44,786 bases of DNA, from positions 1 to 44,786 of the forward strand of contig JBEKXF010000025.1 of assembly GCA_049512315.1 (NCBI GenBank). Reading direction: 5' to 3'. Positions within the stretch are counted from its first letter, which is position 1. Each line of letters begins with the position of its first letter. Both the position numbers and the translations under genes were made by a program. Positions 17,121 through 26,964 of this stretch are shown here, in pieces. Source of the DNA: Candidatus Aminicenantales bacterium. GTDB taxonomy: Bacteria; Acidobacteriota; Aminicenantia; Aminicenantales; Saccharicenantaceae. The notes below the pieces were generated by a model that ran no database searches, was not told where the DNA came from, and saw only the letters and a program-made list of their open reading frames with translations.

Positions 17121-19139
17121 TCAATCCTCCTCCCGGACGGTCCTGTCCTTGAGAAAATCGTTCCAGACGTTTTCGAACCAGCTGTCCCCGGACGGGACAG
17201 GCCGGACATCGACCCAGCTCTTTTCGACTTTCCCCTTCCGGTCCAGGCTGACCTCCAGGATCTTCCGGCTCGTGAAATCGTCCGCCGACGCGAGCGTGAA
17301 GGCCCAGCGGCCGTCCAGCCCGGGGCAGGGGACGCGCCCGCCGCCGTCCGGGACGATGTAAGAGCCCCGGCTTTTTCCGCCGCGTTCGAGGTATTCCCGG
17401 ATGGCTTCGAGATAGACCGCGTGGGTCAGGGCCATGTCCAGCGCTTTGAAGGCCTCGGGAAGCGAGTTCGGAGACGCGACCCTCAGATCCCGGCGGAGGC
17501 GCCTGACGAGGTCCCAGGCCCGCGGCGCTTCTCTGGTCACGTCCGCCAGGCTTCTGACGTGCGCCCCGCAGGCCGACATCCGTTCCCTGATCTCGGCGAC
17601 GGCCTTCGCGATGAGGCTCCGGTCGCCGGCCGGTTTTTCGATCGATCCGCGGGCGAATTCCATTATTCCCGAGATCCGGGGTCCCGACAGCTTGGCGAAT
17701 TCCTGTACCGAAGGAGGCCCGCCCGCGTACCTTTTTGCTATGAAGCGGGCCGCCCTTGTGCTCCCGACCTGACCCGAGTTCAGGGCCGATCCGCCCGGGC
17801 GGCGGGCGCCGTGGGTCCCGTTCACTTCGCCTACCGGGAAGAGGTGCCGGACGTTGGATTCCCACCAGATCGTTCCCTTGAAACCGCCGTTGTTGTGCTG
17901 GGCGCAGACGGCGATCTCGAGAGGCTCCCGGCCGAGGTCGATGCCGTGGGCCTTGAAAAGCTCGACGGCTGGCCGGTTCATCCTGCGAAGCCGGGCGATG
18001 GGAGTCGGCAGGAGGGCGCCCGATCTTTCGAGATAGGCGCGCGCTTCGGGGCCGAGGCGGCCGGGATCGAACTCGGCGCGCTTTCCGGCCCCGCCGGGAT
18101 TGCGGCGGAAGTCCATGAAGACGCGCCGCCCCTTGATGACCGTTTCCTCGTAAACGAGGAGGTCGACGAGCGATGACCCGTAGTCCAGGGTCTTCCCCGG
18201 GTCGAACGGCCACTCGTATCCTTTGAGAAAAACGGCCGTCGCGAGCGCCCCCATGTCGGGGAAATGATCGTTCAGGAATTCCCGCTCGTCGCCCCCGCCC
18301 GCATCCGTCGAGAAATACCTGGGGATCGCCTGCTGGTAGGTCCCGGACAGGTTCCAGCGGAATTTAATCGAGGCGATCCCGAACTGGGATTCCGTGAGGT
18401 TATGGGCGACGGCCCCGGCCTTGAAGGCCAGTCCGTGGGAGCCGGTCTGGCCTTCGGGATAGACGGAGGTCTTGTACATTCCGCCGGGTCCGCCCGTGGC
18501 CAGGACGATGTTGACGGCGTTGAAGAGGACGAAACCGAAACTCTTCGACTTCGCGCTCTTCTTGTCCAGGGCGACCGCCCCGATGACCTTTGTCCGCCCG
18601 CCCCGGCCTGCAGTGAGCAGGGAGACGACTTCATGGCCGTCGAGGACCGGGATCTCCCTTCGCCGGACTTCCCGGGCCAGGGCTTCGAACATCAGGCGGG
18701 ACGTGAGGGGGCCGGCCGAAGTGGCCCGTTGCCGGGGGTCGTTGTCGGTCTTGTAGCCGACATAGGCCCCGTATCTGTCCTGGGGGAAGGGAACGCCGAG
18801 GGCGGCCAGGTGGAAAAAGGCTTCGGCGGAATTGAGGGCTTCGCAAAGGGCGATGTCCCCGTGCATCGAACCGCCGGCCGCGAGGTCCCGGGCCATCTCC
18901 GACGGCGAGTCGGGTTGGTCGCCGGCGAGCGAAAGCTTGTAATAGGTCTGCTTGTCCGAACCGGAGTTACGGGACGTCCCGCCTCCGAAACGGTCCGTGA
19001 CGATGGCGATGTCGCGCTGGCCTTCACCGTGAAGGCGGACGGCGGCGTTGAGCCCCGCGGCCCCGCTGCCGATAACGATGGTGTTCAGGGAGCAGACGGG
19101 GAACGATGTCCCGCCGATCCGCGTCCGGGTCACCTTCAT
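17121..19139 (-). CDS. FAD-binding oxidoreductase (succinate dehydrogenase/fumarate reductase flavoprotein superfamily)
   Basis: IGSGAAG dinucleotide fold, VLATGG, QHNNGG, LFPVGE..GTHG..RPGGSAL. ATGA overlap with the upstream gene. Confidence 0.85.
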   Translation of the reverse strand: MKVTRTRIGGTSFPVCSLNTIVIGSGAAGLNAAVRLHGEGQRDIAIVTDRFGGGTSRNSGSDKQTYYKLSLAGDQPDSPSEMARDLAAGGSMHGDIALCEALNSAEAFFHLAALGVPFPQDRYGAYVGYKTDNDPRQRATSAGPLTSRLMFEALAREVRRREIPVLDGHEVVSLLTAGRGGRTKVIGAVALDKKSAKSKSFGFVLFNAVNIVLATGGPGGMYKTSVYPEGQTGSHGLAFKAGAVAHNLTESQFGIASIKFRWNLSGTYQQAIPRYFSTDAGGGDEREFLNDHFPDMGALATAVFLKGYEWPFDPGKTLDYGSSLVDLLVYEETVIKGRRVFMDFRRNPGGAGKRAEFDPGRLGPEARAYLERSGALLPTPIARLRRMNRPAVELFKAHGIDLGREPLEIAVCAQHNNGGFKGTIWWESNVRHLFPVGEVNGTHGARRPGGSALNSGQVGSTRAARFIAKRYAGGPPSVQEFAKLSGPRISGIMEFARGSIEKPAGDRSLIAKAVAEIRERMSACGAHVRSLADVTREAPRAWDLVRRLRRDLRVASPNSLPEAFKALDMALTHAVYLEAIREYLERGGKSRGSYIVPDGGGRVPCPGLDGRWAFTLASADDFTSRKILEVSLDRKGKVEKSWVDVRPVPSGDSWFENVWNDFLKDRTVREED

Positions 19140-20458
19140 CGAGCGCTCCGGTACTCCGGGTCCCGCACGACACAGCCGACCCGCTTCTGCTGCCGCAGAA
19201 GGTGCGAGCAAAGCGAACAGGCCGTGCACACTTTTCTCGGGCTGAGGCGGCCCTTGACCATGAGGTCCTTCGGAAAATCGGGACAGGCGAGGGCCCCCCG
19301 GCCCTGGCCGATGACGGCGGTCCTTCCCGAGCGGACCATGGCCGCGCCGACATTTGGGAAGAATTGCCGCAGCCAGGAGTAGCCGGACCCGACGACGGCC
19401 GTTCCCGGAAAGCTCCGCTGGAGGTCCGAGGCGAAACGGAGGTGCCTGGCAACCCCCTCGAGCGGATGCTCGTCGGGGACGCTCCCGCCGGGCACGGGCT
19501 TGTCGAAAGGCCGGCCGAAATGAGCTTTCCAGGCGGGAACTCCCATGGACAGGGCCAGGAACCTGACCCCTTCCTTGGCGAGCAGGGAAACGAGCTCCCT
19601 GGCTTCCTTGAGGCTGGGCGTTTTGCGCTTGTTCGGGTCCATGCCGAACCCGTAGGGGAAGGGGACCATATCGGCGGCGCTCAGCCGGCTCGTCACGAGA
19701 AGGCGGGGCACTTCCTGGCGGATGCGTCGGACGGTTTCGAGAAGAAAGCGGACCCTGTTTTCGAAGGGGCCGCCGTAGCGGCTCCCGGTCCGGGTGAACG
19801 AAGCCAGGAGCTCGGAGACGAGGTAACCGTGGCAGGCCTTGATGTCCACGCCGTCGAATCCGGCCGAGGCGGCGAGGTCGGCGGCGTTGACGAAATCATC
19901 CTGGATCTCGCTGAGGGACTCGTCGGTGAGAAGGGGATGGTCGGCCGGGAGCCCGTGCAGGGGGTCGAGGAAAGGGCTCCTGTGGACGATGAGCGGCTCG
20001 GGTTTCCCTTCGGGTTTGGCGAAGCGGCCGGAATGGGTGATCTGGAGGACGAGGAGCGGCTGATGGTCCGGGCCGAAGGCCCTGGCCGCCGCATCCCTGG
20101 TCCCGGCCACGAGCTTCTTGAAGGCGTCCTCCGTCCCGTCGGTCAGCATGAGCTGGCGGGGATTGGACCGCCCGTCCCTGCGGACGGCCGTCGCCTCGAA
20201 CCAGATAATCCCGCTCCCGCCGGCCGCATATCTTTCGTACCGGCGGCATGTCCACTCGGACGGACCTCCGGCCGGGACCGCGTCCGCCCCCTCCATCGGC
20301 AGGACGGCCAGACGGTTGGTGATGCGCCGTCCGGCGACCGTGGCCGGCTCGAGGAGGACGGAGATATCGTCCGAGAACGGAATCGCCAGGTCGAGAGCCT
20401 CGATCTTCGCCCTCAGCTCATCCGGGCTGCGGAAGGAGAATTTTTCGTGGGCGGCCAT
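19136..20458 (-). CDS. NADH:flavin oxidoreductase (old yellow enzyme family)
   Basis: NRLAVLPMEG, GGSGIIWFEAT, LQITHSGR, AGFDGVDIKACHGYL, YGGPFENR.RF, and C-terminal CTACSLC. Confidence 0.88.
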   Translation of the reverse strand: MAAHEKFSFRSPDELRAKIEALDLAIPFSDDISVLLEPATVAGRRITNRLAVLPMEGADAVPAGGPSEWTCRRYERYAAGGSGIIWFEATAVRRDGRSNPRQLMLTDGTEDAFKKLVAGTRDAAARAFGPDHQPLLVLQITHSGRFAKPEGKPEPLIVHRSPFLDPLHGLPADHPLLTDESLSEIQDDFVNAADLAASAGFDGVDIKACHGYLVSELLASFTRTGSRYGGPFENRVRFLLETVRRIRQEVPRLLVTSRLSAADMVPFPYGFGMDPNKRKTPSLKEARELVSLLAKEGVRFLALSMGVPAWKAHFGRPFDKPVPGGSVPDEHPLEGVARHLRFASDLQRSFPGTAVVGSGYSWLRQFFPNVGAAMVRSGRTAVIGQGRGALACPDFPKDLMVKGRLSPRKVCTACSLCSHLLRQQKRVGCVVRDPEYRSAR

Positions 20459-20464
20459 GGGAGA

Positions 20465-21460
20465 TCAGACCTTCCTTTCTTCGACGATCTTGCGGACGGC
20501 CCTCAGGTCGCTCTTCACCCGGCGCTCGCATCTCTCGGGCCAGCGGTCGCGGTCCAGGACGGCGATCTTCCCTTTCTCTTTCAGGGCCCGGCTCGCGGCG
20601 GCGAGGCCGAGGAGCTTCGCCAGCTCGGTGGCCGTGAGGTCGGGGAATCGCGCCAGGAAGTCCGGGTCGAAGACGGGGATGAGAGTGTCGCCGCCGTGGT
20701 CTTCGATCGACAGGTTGAGCTTCCTCGGTCTTGCGGAGAGCTTTTCGAAGATGCCGGCCAGGTCCACGACCCCGGTCCCGGCCTCGGCGGTGAAAGAGAC
20801 GAGCCCGTCCTCGGTGAGCAGCAGCCCGCCGTCCTTGACGTGGGTCGTCACGACCCAGGGGAGGAGCCGCTCCGTTGCGGCGACCGGGTCCTCGAGCATG
20901 GTCAGGAGGTTCATGGTGTCGAGGCAGACGCCGAGGTATTCGCCGGGGGCGGCCCCGCACATGTCGAAGAGCCTCAGGAGCTCGAACGACGTGAACTCGA
21001 AATGCGTCTCGATGGCCAGGATGACGCCGGATTCGCGGAGCATCGGCTTCTCCTCCCGGAGGGATGCGGCCATGAGCCGGAGGAGCTCTTCGGTCGTCGG
21101 GGAGTCCTTTTTCCAGCGCATCAGGCCGCCCGAACAGGACCGGACGGTGTCCACGCCGAGTAGGCAGGCCTCTGCCGCGGCCTTCTTATTGACGGCCAGG
21201 ATGTCCTTCTTTTTCCCCGTGGCCAGGTCCAGGGGAATGTGCTCGCCTCCGCCCCACTCGATGTAGAGCCCGTTTTCCGCGGCGTAGCTCCGGAGGTCCT
21301 CGAGCAGGGCCTTGTCCGGCGCCGCCGAGGGAAGAAAGTCCGTCTCGGAGAACTGGACACCGTCGGCTTCGTTGATGATGACCCACTCGAGGAGCTCGAA
21401 CGCGGAGAGGTCGAGGGGCTTGAGGCTGTAGCTATCGATCCCGACCTTGAAGGGTTTCAT
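20465..21460 (-). CDS. Sugar phosphate isomerase/epimerase (xylose isomerase-like TIM barrel)
   Basis: Metal-ligand motifs LAIETH, CLDTMN, THVKD, GTGVVDL, LSIED. Confidence 0.85.
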   Translation of the reverse strand: MKPFKVGIDSYSLKPLDLSAFELLEWVIINEADGVQFSETDFLPSAAPDKALLEDLRSYAAENGLYIEWGGGEHIPLDLATGKKKDILAVNKKAAAEACLLGVDTVRSCSGGLMRWKKDSPTTEELLRLMAASLREEKPMLRESGVILAIETHFEFTSFELLRLFDMCGAAPGEYLGVCLDTMNLLTMLEDPVAATERLLPWVVTTHVKDGGLLLTEDGLVSFTAEAGTGVVDLAGIFEKLSARPRKLNLSIEDHGGDTLIPVFDPDFLARFPDLTATELAKLLGLAAASRALKEKGKIAVLDRDRWPERCERRVKSDLRAVRKIVEERKV

Positions 21461-21532
21461 CGGGCCTCCCTTGTCCGCATCTTCATCATATCAGAATCCC
21501 GCCGCCGTTGGCTATATCCCGCCTTCGGATTC

Positions 21533-21561
21533 TTGACAACGGCGGGCATTTGTTGTGAGAT
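21533..21561 (+). promoter_or_regulatory. Sigma70-like promoter of the corrinoid protein operon
   Basis: TTGACA-N17-TGAGAT upstream of an AAGGAG RBS. Confidence 0.45.
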
Positions 21562-21595
21562 AGAAAAAACTCCGGAGCGTCCAAGGAGAGACGAG

Positions 21596-22219
21596 ATGTT
21601 CAAAGAGATGCAGGAAGCCCTGATCGCGGGCAAAAAGGCCGAGGTCGAGTCGCTGGTCGACCGGGCGCTCGGCGCCGGGCTCGCCGCGGCCAAGATCCTG
21701 AACGAAGGCCTCATCCCGGGCATGGAGCGCCTGGGCGAATTGTTCAAGAATAACGAGGTGTTCATCCCCGAGGTCCTCGTCGCCGCCCGGGCCATGAACG
21801 CGGGGCTGGCCAAGCTCGAGCCTTTCCTGATCAAGGACAAGGTCCAGCCCAAGGGCGTGGTCGTCATCGGCACGGTCAAGGGCGACCTCCACGACATCGG
21901 CAAGAACCTCGTGGCCATGATGCTCCGCGGCAACGGCTACAAGATCGTGGACATGGGCATCGACGTCTCTCCGGAAAAGTTCGTCGAGGCCGCCCGGTCG
22001 AGCGGGGCCAGCATCGTCGCCTGTTCCGCTCTTCTCACGACGACCATGGTCCAGATGAAGAAAATCGTCGAGGCGGTCGAGGCCTCGAGCCTCAAGATCC
22101 CGGTCATTATCGGCGGCGCCCCGGTGACGAGGGAATATGCTACCCAGATCCGGGCCCAGGGCTTCGCGCCCGACGCCGCCAGCGCCGTCGAGGCGGTCGG
22201 GAAGCTCCTCGGAGTCTGA
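21596..22219 (+). CDS. Methyltransferase corrinoid (B12-binding) protein
   Basis: Cap domain GLIPGM..LG..F...EVFIPEVL, then GTVKGDLHDIGKNLV (DxHxxG), SALLTTTM, IIGGAP. Confidence 0.95.
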   Translation: MFKEMQEALIAGKKAEVESLVDRALGAGLAAAKILNEGLIPGMERLGELFKNNEVFIPEVLVAARAMNAGLAKLEPFLIKDKVQPKGVVVIGTVKGDLHDIGKNLVAMMLRGNGYKIVDMGIDVSPEKFVEAARSSGASIVACSALLTTTMVQMKKIVEAVEASSLKIPVIIGGAPVTREYATQIRAQGFAPDAASAVEAVGKLLGV

Positions 22220-22262
22220 GAGCTCGAGGTTCGGCCTTCCCGGGTCTTTTGAGGGTTTTCTC

Positions 22263-23276
22263 ATGAGCCTCACTTCGCGAGAGCTCGTCGTCAGCGCCCT
22301 AGAACTCCAGTCCCCGCCCCGGATCCCGCGCCAGCTCTGGATTCTGCCGTGGGCGGAACGGAATTACCCGGGTCAGCTCGCAGCCATTCAGAAAAAGTAC
22401 CCGGACGACATCCTCAGGTGCCCCCCTTTCCTGAAAAAGCCGCTGAAGATCTCCGGGGACGAGTATTCTCCCGGGCTTTACGTTGACGAATGGGGCTGCC
22501 GGTTTGAGAGCCGGCAGGAGGGAGTCATCGGGGAGGTCAAGGAGCCGCTTCTCAAGGACTGGAAAGACCTGGACATCGTCCGGCCCCCCGCGGAGCGGAT
22601 GAGCGTTGACGCTGCGAAGGTCGACGATTTCTGCCGGACAAGCGACGCCTTCGTCTACTCCCATCCCCTCGTCCGGCCCTTCGAGCTCCTCCAGTTCATC
22701 CGCCGCCCCGAAAACCTCTACGTCGACCTGGCCGAGCGGCCGGACGAGCTCTTCGTCCTCATCCGGCGCATCCACGCCTTCTTCAAGGAGGAGCTCGAGC
22801 TCTGGGCCTCGACCGAGGTGGACGCCCTTTTCTTCGCCGACGATTGGGGAAGCCAGAAGTCCCTCCTTGTTTCGCCCGGTCTCTGGCGCGAGGTCTTCAA
22901 GCCGCTCTACCGGGATTACGCGGACATCGCCCACCGGAACGGCAAGTACGCCTTCATGCACAGCGACGGCTACATTGCCGACATTTTCCCGGACCTCATC
23001 GAGATCGGGGTGGACGCCGTCAACTCCCAGATCTTCTGCATGGACGTCGGGGAGCTGGGCCGCCGATTCGCAGGCCGGATCACGTTCTGGGGGGAAATCG
23101 ACCGCCAGCATCTTCTGCCCTACGGCACGCCCGCGGCCGTCGCCGCGGCCGTGCGGACCGCCAAGGAGGCCCTTTTCCGGGGCGGGGGCGTCATCGCCCA
23201 GTGCGAGTTCGGGATCGGCGCCAGGCCGGAGAACGTGGCGGCCGTTTTTGAAACATGGAATAATATTGGCGGCTGA
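22263..23276 (+). CDS. UroD/MtaA-fold protein (putative corrinoid-dependent methyltransferase)
   Basis: LTSRE.V, YVDEWG, FFADDWGSQ.SLLVSP..WRE.FKP.Y, MHSDG, ITFWGEIDRQ.LLP.GTP, ENV. Confidence 0.85.
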   Translation: MSLTSRELVVSALELQSPPRIPRQLWILPWAERNYPGQLAAIQKKYPDDILRCPPFLKKPLKISGDEYSPGLYVDEWGCRFESRQEGVIGEVKEPLLKDWKDLDIVRPPAERMSVDAAKVDDFCRTSDAFVYSHPLVRPFELLQFIRRPENLYVDLAERPDELFVLIRRIHAFFKEELELWASTEVDALFFADDWGSQKSLLVSPGLWREVFKPLYRDYADIAHRNGKYAFMHSDGYIADIFPDLIEIGVDAVNSQIFCMDVGELGRRFAGRITFWGEIDRQHLLPYGTPAAVAAAVRTAKEALFRGGGVIAQCEFGIGARPENVAAVFETWNNIGG

Positions 23277-23346
23277 ACGTCTAAATATGTGGACGCTGAA
23301 GAGTGCACGTTTTCAAAGAAGGGCCGTCAGGGCCCGAGGAGGTCGC

Positions 23347-24204
23347 GTGACAAGGAAATGGATCGTTTACCCCCTGATCGCGGCCGCGGTCGCCGCCCTG
23401 GGCGCCGCTGGCCTGGCCAAGGACACGGTCGTCGCGAGCCAGTGGGCGGCCGGGCCGGTCAAGATCGACGGCCTGGACCAGGATTGGCAGGACGCGACGT
23501 TCCTGACCGATCCGGCGTCCAAGGCCCAGTACGCGGTGAAGAACGACGGGAAGAACCTCTACGTCCTTTTCCTGTTCAAGGACCCCGCCGCGGCGTCCAC
23601 GATCGAGTACACCGGGATGAAGGTCTTCCTCAACGCCGAGGGCAAGAAAAGCAAGGACTTCGGCGTCCATTTCACGAAGAAAGAGGTCACGGCCGAGGCC
23701 CTGATCTCTTCTCTCGAGAAAACGGGCGAGGTCCTGACCGATGAGAGGAAGGCCGAGCTCCGGAAGCAGGGCGTTTTTCACATGTTCGAGGCCGACGTGA
23801 TCAACGCGAAGAAGGCGGCCGCCCCGGCCGACCCGACCGTCAAGACCGATCCTCCGGCCTACCGGTCCGCCAGGAACCAACGCGTCCTTTGTTGGGAGCT
23901 CCGGATCCCCCTCAGCCGCGTCAACCAGCCCGGCGGCCTCGGCTCCGAGCCCGGCCAGATGGTCAAGATGGGCTTCGAATGGGGAGGCATGACCTCGCAG
24001 GTCATGAAGGAGATGATGGCCGGGATGTCCTCCCAGGGCGGCACGTCGCGACAAGGGGCAGGCGTGACGGGATCCGTCGGCACGCCCCGGGACGAAACGG
24101 CACGGGAAGAAGATACCGGGATCGAGAGCAGCTTCAAATATCAACGGGATCCGCGGACCAGACTCCATTCCTTCTGGATCGACCTGAAGCTGGCGGCCCA
24201 GTAA
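23347..24204 (+). CDS. Exported hypothetical protein, possible CBM9/DOMON-like beta-sandwich
   Basis: GTG start after GAGGAGG and a signal peptide. The pattern P.KIDG...DW...NDGKNLYV...WELRIPL resembles CBM9-like domains. Confidence 0.65.
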   Translation: MTRKWIVYPLIAAAVAALGAAGLAKDTVVASQWAAGPVKIDGLDQDWQDATFLTDPASKAQYAVKNDGKNLYVLFLFKDPAAASTIEYTGMKVFLNAEGKKSKDFGVHFTKKEVTAEALISSLEKTGEVLTDERKAELRKQGVFHMFEADVINAKKAAAPADPTVKTDPPAYRSARNQRVLCWELRIPLSRVNQPGGLGSEPGQMVKMGFEWGGMTSQVMKEMMAGMSSQGGTSRQGAGVTGSVGTPRDETAREEDTGIESSFKYQRDPRTRLHSFWIDLKLAAQ

Positions 24205-24214
24205 TCCCGCCCGA

Positions 24215-25132
24215 TCAGAAGGGCGTCGCGGCGAAGTAGGCCCCGACGAACGCCAGGACGACGGCCGCGACCTTCCACAAGGTCAGCCGCTCCTTCAGGA
24301 ACAGGGCGGCGAGGACGACGATAAAGATCGTGTTCAGCTGGTTGAGGGCCGCGGCCACCGAGACCTTGGCGTATTTCATGCCTCCCATCCAGAAAATGAG
24401 GGACAGGTAGGAACCGAAGAACGCGGCCGGGATCATGGACTTCCAATTGGCCCGGTCGAGGAGGGGCTTGAGAATAGCCCGTCGTCCGGGAACGAGCGGG
24501 ATGACGAGCCCGAGCGGGACCGTGCCCCCGACGAGCCTGACCAGGGTCGCCCAGACCAACGATTCCGTCACCAGGACGGGCTTGACGATGACGATCCCGA
24601 CGGCCACGAAAAACATGGCCAGCACCCCGAAGATCAGGCCGAGGATGAGGTCTTTCCGCGGGACCGGCTCGCCGGAATTGGAGCGGGAGGCGGCCAGGAC
24701 GGCCGAGATGATGAGGGCGACGCCGACGAGCTGCCAGGCCGCCATGCGCTCCCCCAGGAGGAGGAAGGACAAGCCGATGACGAAGGGGCTGTAGAAGCAG
24801 TCGACGATGGCCACGAGGCTGGCCCCGAGCCGGTTGAGGCTGTAAAAAAAGAGGGTGTCGGAAACGGCGATCCCCAGGAAGCCGCTCAGGAGGAGAAGGC
24901 CGACGGATTTCGGCGGGACGGCTGGGAACAAGGACTCTCCGAGGATGAGCATGGTGGGGACCGTGAAGCCGATGGCCACGATGTTCTTGAAGAGGTTGAG
25001 ACCGAGGGGGTGGACGGTCCGGCCGCTGATCTTGTAGAGGATGACGGCCACGGCCCAGACGACTCCCGAGGCGATGGCCAGGACTTCCCCGAGCGAGTGG
25101 AAGCCGCTGAGCGAATGGAAGAAGGATGTCAA
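24215..25132 (-). CDS. DMT/EamA family transporter
   Basis: About 10 TM helices in two EamA repeats (LLLGERM and LFLKERL). TTG start at 25132 after AGGAGA. Confidence 0.9.
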   Translation of the reverse strand: MTSFFHSLSGFHSLGEVLAIASGVVWAVAVILYKISGRTVHPLGLNLFKNIVAIGFTVPTMLILGESLFPAVPPKSVGLLLLSGFLGIAVSDTLFFYSLNRLGASLVAIVDCFYSPFVIGLSFLLLGERMAAWQLVGVALIISAVLAASRSNSGEPVPRKDLILGLIFGVLAMFFVAVGIVIVKPVLVTESLVWATLVRLVGGTVPLGLVIPLVPGRRAILKPLLDRANWKSMIPAAFFGSYLSLIFWMGGMKYAKVSVAAALNQLNTIFIVVLAALFLKERLTLWKVAAVVLAFVGAYFAATPF

Positions 25133-25365
25133 GGGTTGTATCTCCTGAAGGGCTTGCCAGCCGGGTCCCTGCGATCTCGCGTCGGACGCCATTTATAGCA
25201 AAGAATAGGCTAGGGGTCAAATAAGGCTTCCTCCGGGTAACGACCCTGCGCCATCTATCTCTATCCGTTTCAGCCGTCCCGGAGGCGCTTATTTGACCGG
25301 CGCCGAAGCGGCGTGTTATAAACGGATGAGGTCGCGCCGCGATAAAACGAACGAGGAGCGCTCCG

Positions 25366-26958
25366 ATGAAGAAAACCCGATCCCTGTCCCTTCTGGCCGT
25401 CGGCTTGGCCGCTTTGTCGCTGGCCTTCTTTCCCGGGACGGCCGCGAAACGGACGGCGGCCACAACGCCCCCGGAATTCGATTCGTGCACGAGCATCCTG
25501 GTCGGCCGCCTGGCCTCGGCCGACGGCTCGACCATGACGTCCCATTCCTGCGACTCCGGGTCCGACCGGACCTGGATGTCGATCGTCCCCAACCGGAAGC
25601 ACAAGCCGGGCGACACGGCCAAGCTCTATCTCGAGCCCAATCTGGTCAAGGGCCCCGACGACCCCGACCGCCTGGAAGCGGGCGAGATCCCCCAGGTTCC
25701 GGAAACCTACGCCTATCTCAACGCCGCCTATCCCATCATGAACGAGCACCAGCTGGCGATCGGCGAGACGACGGTCGGCGGCCGGCGCGAGCTCGTCAGC
25801 CAGGCGGGGATGATCGACGCCCCCGAGCTCTTCCGGCTCTGCCTGGAGCGGGCCAAGACGGCCCGGGAAGCCATCCGCGTTGCCGATGAGCTCACCGCGC
25901 TCCATGGCTACAACGATTGGGGCGAGTGCCTCACCTTCGCCGACCCGAAAGAGGTCTGGCAGTTCGAGATCTACGGCCCCGGAAAGGGGAAGAAGGGCGC
26001 GGTCTGGGCCGCCCAGAGGGTCCCGGACGCTGAGATCGGCGTCTCAGCCAACGCCGGCCGCATTCTGAAGATCGATCTTGCCAACGAGGATTTTTTCATG
26101 GCCTCGGCGAACGTCATGTCTCTGGCGGAAGACATGGGCTTCTGGTCCAGGGCCAGCGGAAAACCGTTCGAATTCTCCTACGCCTATAACCCGGAATCCC
26201 GGACGAGCCTCTACTGCCGGCGCCGGGAATGGCGCGTCCTGAGCCTGCTTGCCCCCGGCCTCAAGCTCAATCCCGAATCCGAGAACTATCCCTTCTCCGT
26301 CAGGCCCGAGAAAAAGGTCACGGTGCGGGACCTCGTCGCGATCTTCCGCGACGCGTACGACAGGACGGAGTACGACATGACGCGGACCCTCGTTGCCGTC
26401 AACCGGAGAGGGGAGACCGCCAAGAGCCCCGTCGCCAGCCCCTTCATGAGCAACGACCTCCGGGAGCTCCTCCGGATCAAGCGGGAGCGAACGATCTGCT
26501 CGCCCGCCTCGACCTACCTTCAGATCACGCAGTCCAGGGACTGGCTCCCCGCACCCATCGGCGGTGTCGTCTGGCTGGGCTACGATAACCCGGCGACGAC
26601 GCCCCACACGCCTTTCTATATCGGCATCGACCGGATGCCCGGATCCTACATGGTCGACGGCCGCCGGGCCTATCGACGGGACTGCGCCTGGTGGGCCTAC
26701 CGGACCGTGAGCAAGCTGGCCCTCTTCCGCTGGCAGGAGATGACCAAGGACGTCGAGAAGGTCTGGAAGGACATCGAAGACAAAATTTTCACCGGCCAAG
26801 CCAAGCTCGAGGAGGAGGCGCTGGCCCTCTATAAGAAGGACCCGAGGAAGGCCAAAGAGCTGCTGACGAAATACTGCCTCGACCAGGCCGACCAGGCCGT
26901 GGCCGCCTACTGGAAGCTCGCCGACGAGCTCTGGGTCAAATATTCCGGCAATTTTTAA
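25366..26958 (+). CDS. Exported dipeptidase, peptidase C69 family (Ntn hydrolase)
   Basis: Signal peptide, CTSILVG.LASADGSTM nucleophile Cys motif, MNEHQLAIGETT, GAVWAAQRVPD. Confidence 0.9.
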   Translation: MKKTRSLSLLAVGLAALSLAFFPGTAAKRTAATTPPEFDSCTSILVGRLASADGSTMTSHSCDSGSDRTWMSIVPNRKHKPGDTAKLYLEPNLVKGPDDPDRLEAGEIPQVPETYAYLNAAYPIMNEHQLAIGETTVGGRRELVSQAGMIDAPELFRLCLERAKTAREAIRVADELTALHGYNDWGECLTFADPKEVWQFEIYGPGKGKKGAVWAAQRVPDAEIGVSANAGRILKIDLANEDFFMASANVMSLAEDMGFWSRASGKPFEFSYAYNPESRTSLYCRRREWRVLSLLAPGLKLNPESENYPFSVRPEKKVTVRDLVAIFRDAYDRTEYDMTRTLVAVNRRGETAKSPVASPFMSNDLRELLRIKRERTICSPASTYLQITQSRDWLPAPIGGVVWLGYDNPATTPHTPFYIGIDRMPGSYMVDGRRAYRRDCAWWAYRTVSKLALFRWQEMTKDVEKVWKDIEDKIFTGQAKLEEEALALYKKDPRKAKELLTKYCLDQADQAVAAYWKLADELWVKYSGNF

Positions 26959-26964
26959 TCGGAC

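Noticed and set aside
16312..18213. 633-aa ORF suggesting a long N-terminal extension or fusion on the SDR
   Set aside because: The extension is an Arg/Pro-rich alternate frame of the FAD-protein gene. The SDR has its own RBS and GTG at 17118.
19106..21163. Long opposite-strand and alternate-frame ORFs (e.g. 685 aa at 19106-21163, 847 aa at 26044-28587, 537 aa at 39435-41048, 491 aa at 9536-11011)
   Set aside because: Shadow ORFs expected in high-GC DNA. They overlap genes with clear family motifs and have no motifs of their own.
22606..23346. Ser/Thr/Pro-rich N-terminal half of the 532-aa ORF
   Set aside because: Alternate frame of the UroD-fold gene. The real start is the GTG at 23347 with an RBS and signal peptide.
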